DNA of 64,000 nucleotides from Candidatus Latescibacterota bacterium. Its GTDB lineage: Bacteria; Latescibacterota; UBA2968; GCA-2709665. This document shows positions 29,702-37,774 of the stretch, one piece after another. Position 1 is the stretch's first letter. Each line of letters starts with the position of its first letter. The notes below the pieces were generated by a model. The model was not told the DNA's origin. It worked only from the letters and a program-made list of their open reading frames with translations, and ran no database searches. The DNA is taken from contig OZ220733.1 of assembly GCA_965116875.1 (NCBI GenBank), forward strand, positions 800,001 to 864,000, given 5' to 3'. Made by a program: the position numbers and the translations under genes.

Positions 29702-30529
29702 ATGACGCTCCATCAGGCAAAACTCGATATCGTGGAAGCAGGACGCAGGCTCTACGACAAAGGTTACATCGTCTCGAGCGATGGAAACATCTCCGCCCGC
29801 TTCGACGAAGGCCGCCTGATTGTAACACCCGGCGGGCTGTGCAAAGGCAACCTGTCCGTCGAGGATCTGTGCGTTTGCGATATGGAAGGCAGGAAGATCA
29901 GCGGCGTTCGGAGTCCTTCCTCCGAAATCGGCATGCATCTGTTCCTCTACAGGGAACGGCCCGACATCAAGGCGGTCGTCCACGCGCACCCACCCACGGC
30001 GACGGGATTCTCGGTTGCCGGAATGCCGCTCACCGATTGTGTTCTGCCCGAAGTCGTGATCACGCTCGGCTCGATTCCCACGGCGAAGTACGGCACGCCC
30101 GGTGGACCGGAGATCTCCGAACCGATTCGAAAATTCGTCAAGGACTACGATGCCTATCTGCTTGAAAATCATGGCGCTACCACCGTGGGTTCCGACGTGA
30201 TGAACGCCTATTTCAAAATGGAAACCCTGGAACATTTCGCGCGAATCCTCTTTATTGCACGCCAGTTGGGCGGCGCCAATGTCCTGAACCGGGAACAGGT
30301 TGACAAACTCCTCCAGATCCGCAAACGCCTGGGCATCCGCGGACCGGATCCCGCGTGCGACGTCGGCACGGCGCCGGCCGGGGCCGACAACTCAAAAACG
30401 CAAATCCCCACACTTCGCACACGCAGCGCCTCGAGCCCTTCCGACAACCCTCCGCCGCCGAAAGACGAACTCATCACCGAAATCACCCGCCAGGTGATAC
30501 AGGAGCTCCGCACCGGGAAGCCGTTGTAA
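29702..30529 (+). CDS. Class II aldolase (fuculose/rhamnulose-1-phosphate aldolase-like) with C-terminal encapsulation peptide
   Basis: DGNISAR, PSSEIGMH, VHAHPP, LENHG; low-complexity linker then DELITEITRQVIQEL. Confidence 0.93.
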   Translation: MTLHQAKLDIVEAGRRLYDKGYIVSSDGNISARFDEGRLIVTPGGLCKGNLSVEDLCVCDMEGRKISGVRSPSSEIGMHLFLYRERPDIKAVVHAHPPTATGFSVAGMPLTDCVLPEVVITLGSIPTAKYGTPGGPEISEPIRKFVKDYDAYLLENHGATTVGSDVMNAYFKMETLEHFARILFIARQLGGANVLNREQVDKLLQIRKRLGIRGPDPACDVGTAPAGADNSKTQIPTLRTRSASSPSDNPPPPKDELITEITRQVIQELRTGKPL

Positions 30530-30558
30530 AGTTCCCGGTGCGTTCCCGAGCGTCGCCT

Positions 30559-31749
30559 ATGAAAATCCTCGTCGCCAACGTCGGCAGTACGTCGTTCAAG
30601 TACAAACTCTTTGATATGACCGGCGAGACGGTGCTCGCCGAGGGGCGCCTGGAACGTATCGGCGACACGCGGTGTCCCGTGCAACATCGCATGGGGCCAT
30701 CGGAAACCCGATCCACCTGTGCGCTTCCCGATTACCCGTCTGCGATCCGGAACGTAATGGAGGCTCTCGGGAACCTGGTTGGAAGCCGCGGAGGATCCGG
30801 CCTGGATGCGGTTGGGTTCAAGACCGTCCACCTGCGCGGCGAACCGGGGACGTACGTGCTGGACGACGGGATTCTTGAGCGCATGGCCGACTACAACGAT
30901 CTTGCGCCGGCCCACAACCCCCCGTACATACAGGCTGTCCGGATCTTTCGCACGCTCTACCCGGATCTTCCTCTGATCGGGCTTTTCGAACCGGCCTTCC
31001 ACGCCACCATTCCGGATTACGCGTACACCTACAGCGTTCCTTTCAACTGGTACGAGACCTATGGCGTGCGCAAATACGGTTTCCACGGCGCCTCCCACCG
31101 GTACGTCTCGGAAAGAGTGCCACGGCTCCTCGACCGGCCCGCCGCCGGATTGAACCTGATTTCCTGCCATCTGGGCGGCAGCGCGTCTCTGTGCGCCATC
31201 AAGGACGGAAGGTCAATCGACACCACGATGGGATTCTCCGCCCAGGACGGTATTATCCACGGAAACCGGAACGGCGCCATCGACCCGTTCATCATTCCGT
31301 TCATCATGGACCGTGAAAACCTCTCTACAGACGACGTCCGACGCATTCTCACCACGGAAAGCGGCCTGGCCGGCATCTCCGGCCTAAGCGGCGACGTCCG
31401 CGACCTCGAAACGGCCGCCGATGCCGGCAACCGAAGGGCACGACTGGCCATCGAGACATTCTGCTACGGCGTGAAAACAGCCATCGGCGCAATGGCAGCC
31501 GCCCTTGGCGGAGTCGATGCGCTGGCCTTTGCGGGTGGCATTGGCGAACGGGGCGTTCACGTTCGGCGGCGCATCTGCCGGGGTCTGGAATTCCTGGGAA
31601 TTGAACTTGACCCGGGAACGAACGCCACCGGGCCTCCGGAGCGGCTGATCTCCGCTTCCGAAAGCACCGTAAAAATCGCGATTGTGACCACCAACGAAGA
31701 AATCATCGTGGCCCGCGAGACCGCGGCCCTCGTCCAGCGCATGTCCTGA
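30559..31749 (+). CDS. ackA: Acetate/propionate kinase
   Basis: MKILVANVGSTSFKY, LAPAHNP, RKYGFHGASH, CHLGGSAS, DTTMG, FAGGIGE, TNEE. Confidence 0.95.
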   Translation: MKILVANVGSTSFKYKLFDMTGETVLAEGRLERIGDTRCPVQHRMGPSETRSTCALPDYPSAIRNVMEALGNLVGSRGGSGLDAVGFKTVHLRGEPGTYVLDDGILERMADYNDLAPAHNPPYIQAVRIFRTLYPDLPLIGLFEPAFHATIPDYAYTYSVPFNWYETYGVRKYGFHGASHRYVSERVPRLLDRPAAGLNLISCHLGGSASLCAIKDGRSIDTTMGFSAQDGIIHGNRNGAIDPFIIPFIMDRENLSTDDVRRILTTESGLAGISGLSGDVRDLETAADAGNRRARLAIETFCYGVKTAIGAMAAALGGVDALAFAGGIGERGVHVRRRICRGLEFLGIELDPGTNATGPPERLISASESTVKIAIVTTNEEIIVARETAALVQRMS

Positions 31750-31909
31750 CAGCCCGTTGAAAAAGTCCATCCGGGCTACGGCCGGCCCTTGTGGTCGAAA
31801 TACTGCGTTGCGCTCCCTCGCCGAATCGAGAGATGGGACTCGGTCGCGCGCCTTGTCTTCGACCACTATGGCTCGGCCTCGCCTGCAGAGCGACTTTTTC
31901 AACGGACTG
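31750..31909 (+). mobile_element. Family B MITE (160 bp), full length
   Basis: 18-bp TIR cagcccgttgaaaaagtc / gactttttcaacggactg; flanks ctga / ctaa; near-identical to 61455-61614. Confidence 0.9.
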
Positions 31910-31932
31910 CTAACGCACGGATCCTGAAACCC

Positions 31933-33522
31933 ATGATATCCCTTTCCAGATGCTGTCTTAAAATTCCCAGCGGTCTTCGCGCGGCTGCAAAAGCGCCGGT
32001 CGGCGTTGGTCAAACCCGCCCGTATAGACAAATATGGGCGGATTTTCCCGCCTTGACCGCCACTTTTTCGCTCGCGCTCGAGAACTCACCGGTAATTTTA
32101 AAACAGCTTCTCGTCGCGCTGTTTCTCCTGCTCTCGGAGCCGGCGCACGCATTCGATCCGGAACTCTGGACCCACTTTCCCAACATGAACTCGGTTACGG
32201 CCCTGGCTGAAGGCAACCAGTACATCTACGTGGGTACCGAGGGGGGCATCCGGCGTTACGACATGTACGGGGAACGATGGCACAGGCCGCTGACCGTCCT
32301 GGACGGCCTGCCCGACAATCGCATTCGCGCCATTGCCTACGACGCCGGAACCGGCGAACTCTGGATGGACACGCCGTCGGGTGCGGCCCGCTGGCTCACG
32401 CGGCTCGAAACCGTTTCGTATTTCGGCGACGATCCGCCCCCGCGCCGTCCGCCGGCAACGATTCCGCCGGTCTACATGCCTTTCGGCTTCTTCCTCGAGG
32501 GGGGATGGATCCGCGGTCCGCGAAGGAGCTATCCCATCACGGCGACGCTGATGGACACGTGGCAAACGCTGTGGATCGGCACCGGCGGACTGGGCATCGG
32601 CAAGGCGAACATGACGGACCGGCAACTCGAGTTCCACGCTTTCGGGCCGCTCGACGAGAATATCACCGCCATGGCGAGAGACGGGGACAGCATCTGGTTC
32701 GGAGGCAGGGGCGTCTACGGTATCAGGGAACAGGGAATAACGCGGTACCATCTCTCAACCCAACTGTGGGAATACTTTGAACCTGAGCATATCATGGGTC
32801 TGGACGAGGCCCGTATTTCCGCCATTCTTCCCGACAGCGCCACTGTCTGGTTCGGCGCCTGGAACGGACTCATCCGATACGTCCGTCGCTCCGGACAGTG
32901 GATAACCCATCGTCTCCCCGGTCGTCGGGGAGTCACCGCCCTGGCCAGAGCGGGCACCCGGGTCTGGATCGGCACTCAGGCCGGGCTTGCCGTGTTCGAT
33001 ACGCGGGCCGACACCATTCGCTGGGTTGGCGGCAGCGAGAGATTCGCCATCCAGGCCATGGCCGCGGGCGCCGGCTACATCTGGGCCGGCACGCATCTGG
33101 GGCTGTTTCGCTGTCCCGTCAACGACGTGAACTGGACGCCCGTCCGGAGCCCCGGCGGACTCACGTCCCGGCCCGTCAGCGGGCTGGCCGTTTGCAGGAA
33201 CCGCGTGTGGGCGGCCGTTGAATCGCCGTCCGCGCTCCTTCATCTGGCCGCGCCCGACTCGGCATGGCAGCGATTCGCGCTCGCCGAAATACAAGGCGAC
33301 CGTCACGTTTCAATTGCGGCCGATACCAGCCACGTATGGCTTGCGACCGACCTCGGCGCGTTTCGCTTCGAAATCTCCACGAAACTCTGGAAGCGCTACA
33401 CGCAGTCCGGCGGCCTGATCGACGACCGTACACAGGCCGTGATCCTTCAGGACGACTACGTCTGGTTCGGCACGGAGAATGGCGCGAGCCGTTACAACTG
33501 GTCGCAGGACTTTTTCCGATAA
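31933..33522 (+). CDS. Secreted beta-propeller protein (two-component-regulator propeller type) with an in-frame MITE in its signal peptide
   Basis: Repeated I/VWxGTxxGL blades, DGLPDNRIRAI, GLIDDRTQAV; signal-peptide end LLLSEPAHA-FD. Confidence 0.8.
   Translation: MISLSRCCLKIPSGLRAAAKAPVGVGQTRPYRQIWADFPALTATFSLALENSPVILKQLLVALFLLLSEPAHAFDPELWTHFPNMNSVTALAEGNQYIYVGTEGGIRRYDMYGERWHRPLTVLDGLPDNRIRAIAYDAGTGELWMDTPSGAARWLTRLETVSYFGDDPPPRRPPATIPPVYMPFGFFLEGGWIRGPRRSYPITATLMDTWQTLWIGTGGLGIGKANMTDRQLEFHAFGPLDENITAMARDGDSIWFGGRGVYGIREQGITRYHLSTQLWEYFEPEHIMGLDEARISAILPDSATVWFGAWNGLIRYVRRSGQWITHRLPGRRGVTALARAGTRVWIGTQAGLAVFDTRADTIRWVGGSERFAIQAMAAGAGYIWAGTHLGLFRCPVNDVNWTPVRSPGGLTSRPVSGLAVCRNRVWAAVESPSALLHLAAPDSAWQRFALAEIQGDRHVSIAADTSHVWLATDLGAFRFEISTKLWKRYTQSGGLIDDRTQAVILQDDYVWFGTENGASRYNWSQDFFR
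31949..32110 (+). mobile_element. Family A MITE (162 bp) inside a CDS
   Basis: gatgctgtcttaaaatt...aattttaaaacagcttc; the reading frame stays open across it. Confidence 0.9.
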
Positions 33523-33773
33523 CTTGTTGTTTTTCGGCTATCAAGTGTCAACCTGTCTTTTTCGTGATCGAAAAAAATACGTGACACGAAAGGGCATTTT
33601 CCTTATCTTTAGAATTGGCACATAACGTAACTTTAGCGCTTGTTACCGAACGGTCCTGATGATCTTTCCCCTATTTCATCTGCTAAGCTGAATAACAGCG
33701 GCCACCTCGGGCGTCTCCGTGCGCCCGAGGTGGCCGCTGTCGTGTTTTCACAGCTGGCACTCCGGGTTCCGAT

Positions 33774-34223
33774 ATGGCCAAGAACGCATTGGGACTGATC
33801 GAAACACGTGGTTTCACCGGCGTCGTCGAAGCGGCCGACGCCGCCGTGAAGGCCGCCGCCGTCGAACTCGCGGCCGTAGAAAAGATAGAGGGAGGCCTGG
33901 TGTCCATTCGGATCCTGGGCGACGTGGGGGCCGTACAGGCCGCTGTTCAGGCGGCTGCAGAGGCTGCGGATCGGGTCGGCCAGCTGGTCTCGCGGCACGT
34001 GATTCCGAATCCTCACGACGATCTGGTCGACGTATTCCAATTGGACGGGCAGCAGCCGCGTCACCAGGTTCATCCGGACATCAGCGGTCTCTCGGTAGTA
34101 CAGCTCCGCCAGCTGGCCAGACAGACCTCGGGTCTGTCCATCAAGGGGCGCGAGATCTCTCGTGCCACCCGCCAGGAATTGGTCCAGGCGCTCCGCAGCG
34201 CGAATGCCAACGTCGACACGTAA
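33774..34223 (+). CDS. BMC-H protein with a C-terminal helical (Rho_N-like) extension
   Basis: ALGLIETRG...AADAAVKAA...GDVGAV...HVIPNPH, then LSVVQLRQLARQ...IKGREISRATRQELV. Confidence 0.9.
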   Translation: MAKNALGLIETRGFTGVVEAADAAVKAAAVELAAVEKIEGGLVSIRILGDVGAVQAAVQAAAEAADRVGQLVSRHVIPNPHDDLVDVFQLDGQQPRHQVHPDISGLSVVQLRQLARQTSGLSIKGREISRATRQELVQALRSANANVDT

Positions 34224-34240
34224 TGCCGAAGGAGTCCCGG

Positions 34241-34585
34241 ATGGATACAGACACGCTCTGGGCACGCATTAAGAGAGGGATCATCGACAGTGCTTCAACG
34301 GCAGCCCACAAGGCCGAACACCTTGGGAAAATCGGTCGAGCCAGGCTCGATATCGCCGGAACCCGCCATGCCATACACGAAGCGTTCGCAGAATTGGGAG
34401 GCGCGGTCCACGCTCACCTGTCCGGGGGTGGTGAAGCTGACGTGGCGCAGGCCGGCGACGTACAGGATCTGGTTCGAAGAATCAACGAACTTGAAACCCT
34501 TCTGCAGGAGCGGGAAACCCGTCTGAACAATCTGAAAGCCGGCAACAATCAGGAAGAGGAGAAGACCGAAGAAGCGGAGAGTTAG
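34241..34585 (+). CDS. Coiled-coil hypothetical protein
   Basis: AAGGAG RBS; LWARIKRG...LGKIGRARLDI...FAELGGAV...RRINELE. Confidence 0.75.
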   Translation: MDTDTLWARIKRGIIDSASTAAHKAEHLGKIGRARLDIAGTRHAIHEAFAELGGAVHAHLSGGGEADVAQAGDVQDLVRRINELETLLQERETRLNNLKAGNNQEEEKTEEAES

Positions 34586-34613
34586 TGTTTTCGGTGTTTT
34601 CGGTCTTTTCGAG

Positions 34614-35999
34614 ATGACACCCCAACCCCCGCGCATTTGCCAGGCTGTCTTCTTTGCAGCGCTCTTCCTGTTGCGGTTTGAGACTGCATGGGCCGACAGT
34701 CCCGTACGGTCGTTTTCGAATGTCGTCAGGCTCGTAAGGCCCGCGGTTGTCAGCATATCGGCCAACACCCCCTACGGCAGGGAGATCTCCCGGTCCGGGT
34801 TGCGCCGGGGGCCGTCCGCGTTGCGTTACGGATCGGGCTTTGTCCTGGACGCAACCGGACATATCCTGACCAGCAACCACGTTGTAGACGGCGCAGTCGG
34901 TATTCAGGTGGGCTTTTCCGACGGCACGGAATACGCCGCGGAAGTCGTCGGGCAGGATCCGGACACGGACCTGGCGCTTTTGCGGCTTCGTTCCAACGAT
35001 CCGATCCATCATTCGCGCATTGCGCGACTGGGCGCTTCAGATTCCGTGCAGGTCGGCGACTGGGTGATGGCCGTTGGCAGTCCCTTCGGCTTTCACCATA
35101 CTGTCAGCGTTGGCGTGATCAGTGGCAAGGGACGGCATCTGGAGCGGATTCAGGGCGATATTCCGGCGCCGCCCTTTCAGGATTTCCTGCAGACGGACGC
35201 GTCCATCAATCCCGGCAACAGCGGTGGACCCCTTGTCAACGGCGCCGGGCGGGTTGTGGGCGTGAATACCGCGTACAATCCCGCGGGATCCGGCATCGGG
35301 TTCGCCATTCCGATCGACGTCGCGGAAAAGGTTGCGGCGGAACTCCGGCAACACGGAGAGGTTGTCCGCGGTTATCTGGGTATCCAGCCCCAGGACCTCA
35401 CTCGCGATCTCGCGGACGCGCTGGATCTGCAGTCGACGTCGGGCATTCTGATCGGGGAAGTCCAGGAGGACGGCCCGGCGGGGCGGGGCGGACTCAAGCG
35501 GGGCGACATCATCAGGTCGCTCGACGCCAGCCCTATCCTCAACGCCCAGGACTTTCTCAACCGGATTACCAGGTACCGTCCGGGGGAGTCCATAGCGCTC
35601 GTCGTCCTTCGGGAAGGGAGACCGCTCAGGGTCTCCTGCACGCTCGGCAGGAGGCAGAAGCAGCCTCGACCACCGAACGGATTCCGTTTCAACAGTTCAA
35701 GTCGTTGGCCCGGGCTTGAGGTCAAGAATCGCTCAGATTGGGAAAGCGGCCGCCTGCAGGTGTCCAGAACCGGGCCGGGAGTCGTGGTACATTACGTCGC
35801 GCCCGGAAGTCCGGCGGAAAAAAAACAAATCGAACGCGGCGATTCGATCCTTGAAATCGACGGCGTTGCCATCTCAAACGTCCGGGACTTTCACAGGATG
35901 GTTGAAGAGATCAAGAGGGCTGTAAGGCCGGGCCTGTTCCTTGTCCTCAATAAGGACGACGGCAACACGCGGTTCGTTGCCCTCCGACCGGTGCGCTGA
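34614..35999 (+). CDS. HtrA/DegP-family serine protease with two PDZ domains
   Basis: GSGF, TSNHVV, DTDLAL, QTDASINPGNSGGPL, GIGFAIP. Confidence 0.95.
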   Translation: MTPQPPRICQAVFFAALFLLRFETAWADSPVRSFSNVVRLVRPAVVSISANTPYGREISRSGLRRGPSALRYGSGFVLDATGHILTSNHVVDGAVGIQVGFSDGTEYAAEVVGQDPDTDLALLRLRSNDPIHHSRIARLGASDSVQVGDWVMAVGSPFGFHHTVSVGVISGKGRHLERIQGDIPAPPFQDFLQTDASINPGNSGGPLVNGAGRVVGVNTAYNPAGSGIGFAIPIDVAEKVAAELRQHGEVVRGYLGIQPQDLTRDLADALDLQSTSGILIGEVQEDGPAGRGGLKRGDIIRSLDASPILNAQDFLNRITRYRPGESIALVVLREGRPLRVSCTLGRRQKQPRPPNGFRFNSSSRWPGLEVKNRSDWESGRLQVSRTGPGVVVHYVAPGSPAEKKQIERGDSILEIDGVAISNVRDFHRMVEEIKRAVRPGLFLVLNKDDGNTRFVALRPVR

Positions 36000-36009
36000 A
36001 CCCGCTTCA

Positions 36010-36171
36010 GAAGGCGTTTTAAAATTCCCTGCGGTCTTCGCGCGGCTGCAAAAGCGCCGGTCGGCGTTGGTCAAACCCACCCGTATAGACAAATATGGGC
36101 GGATTTTCCCGCCTTGACCGCCACTTTTTCGCTCGCGCTCGGGAACTCACCGGTAATTTTAAAACACCTTC
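36010..36171 (+). mobile_element. Family A MITE (162 bp)
   Basis: tca|gaaggcgttttaaaatt...aattttaaaacaccttc|taa. Confidence 0.9.
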
Positions 36172-36396
36172 TAAGTCATCTGCCGGAAACCACCCGCCCG
36201 ACTGAAAGGAGGCAATCTTATGTAGCGCTCACATGTCATCAGGACCAAATTCAGCATCAGCATGGTTCACTACGACAGTCTTAATCCCCTTCGAGAAACT
36301 CAGTCGTTTCTCCCGAACTGGTTTCTCGGCTCACAGTCCGGCTCGAAACCCCGGCCAACTGAACCGACCTTCCCCGGTGCAAAGAAAGGCTGACGA

Positions 36397-37254
36397 GTGT
36401 CTAAGCTAGCTAAAAGGCCGTACGCGCGCGAAGATGAATCCCTGGATCAGTACCTTCAAGAGATCGGAGAAGTCGATCTTCTCACGGCAGACCAAGAGAT
36501 TTCCCTCGCCAAGCGAATCAAGAAGGGAGACCAGGATGCCCTCGAGAAGCTAACCAAAGCAAACCTCAGATTCGTTGTAAGCGTGGCCAAACAATACCAG
36601 AACCAGGGTCTCTCAATGGGAGATCTGATCAACGAAGGAAATCTGGGACTCATAAAAGCAGCCAAACGCTTCGACGAAACAAAGGGTTTCAAGTTTATTT
36701 CCTACGCCGTATGGTGGATCAGGCAGGCCATCCTTCAGGCCCTTGCCGAACAATCCAGAATCGTACGGCTGCCCCTGAACAGGGTGGGCGCCCTGCACAA
36801 GATCGGCAAAGCATCCAGCGGGCTGGAGCAGGAATTCGGACGAGAGCCCAGCCCCAGCGAAATTGCCGATGAACTTGAAATGAGCGACTACGAGGTGATG
36901 GATACGCTCAAGATTTCGAGCCGGCACCTTTCGCTGGACGCCCCGTTCAGTGAAAGCGAAGACAACAGCCTGCTGGACATTCTGGAAGACCAGTTGCAGC
37001 CGCCTCCCGATGAATCGCTCATCGACGACTCGCTTCACCGTGAAGTCGAGAAAGCGCTGGCATCCCTCACGCCACGGGAAGCCGAAGTGATCAGCCTCTA
37101 TTTCGGCATCAACCGTGAGCACCCGCTTACCCTGGAAGAAATCGGCGAACGTTTCGGATTGACCCGGGAACGGGTACGCCAGATTAAGGAAAAAGCTATA
37201 CACAGACTGCGCCACAACAGCCGGAGCCGCCCTCTCAAGGCATATCTTCACTGA
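36397..37254 (+). CDS. RNA polymerase sigma70 factor, RpoD/SigA family, short form lacking region 1.1
   Basis: [56 protein letters not shown]. Confidence 0.96.
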   Translation: MSKLAKRPYAREDESLDQYLQEIGEVDLLTADQEISLAKRIKKGDQDALEKLTKANLRFVVSVAKQYQNQGLSMGDLINEGNLGLIKAAKRFDETKGFKFISYAVWWIRQAILQALAEQSRIVRLPLNRVGALHKIGKASSGLEQEFGREPSPSEIADELEMSDYEVMDTLKISSRHLSLDAPFSESEDNSLLDILEDQLQPPPDESLIDDSLHREVEKALASLTPREAEVISLYFGINREHPLTLEEIGERFGLTRERVRQIKEKAIHRLRHNSRSRPLKAYLH

Positions 37255-37271
37255 AGACGAGATGTGTCCGC

Positions 37272-37310
37272 AGCCACAGCCGGCGCCACGCGAAGGCTGT
37301 GGCTTTTTTT
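37272..37310 (+). terminator. Rho-independent terminator after the sigma gene
   Basis: Stem agccacagcc / ggctgtggct followed by a T run. Confidence 0.8.
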
Positions 37311-37434
37311 GCCGCGGACAATCCGGTCCTGCCTGCCCTCGCTTGACGGAAACTCTTGAAACCAATGAATCGGTGTTGCGTACAACCCTATACGAACCGT
37401 TTAACGTCTTCTTTCACCGAAAGGATTCAGCCCC

Positions 37435-37686
37435 ATGTCGAACAGCAAATCTCTGAAGACGCTCCTGGTTGTTGTCGCGTTCCTGCTGATTGCCAACCTG
37501 GTCCGGCCGCTCTGGTCTCCCGGAACCGCCCATGCCCAGGATGACGACGCAGCCCCCGGCGTAGCCATCACCGGCGCGGGGTACAGCGCCTGGATTGTGA
37601 AGGGCGGCAACGTCTACTACGCCGTCTACGAAAAGGAGTACGAATCCATCCGGATCTACGGTCCCGAAGAACTGCCTGTAGAGTGA
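37435..37686 (+). CDS. Small exported hypothetical protein
   Basis: Signal peptide MSNSKSLKTLLVVVAFLL...TAHA-Q; AAGGA RBS. Confidence 0.75.
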   Translation: MSNSKSLKTLLVVVAFLLIANLVRPLWSPGTAHAQDDDAAPGVAITGAGYSAWIVKGGNVYYAVYEKEYESIRIYGPEELPVE

Positions 37687-37774
37687 TCGCCGCCATGGGT
37701 CGTCATTCTGAATTGCGGAAGAGCCGGTACTCCCGCCTCCGAATCTCCGCCGGTCCACGTCGCCTGAGGCATCC

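Noticed and set aside
31933-33522. PorZ orthologue partnering the PorU-like protein
   Set aside because: Only generic propeller blades and no T9SS C-terminal domain; not enough to assign.
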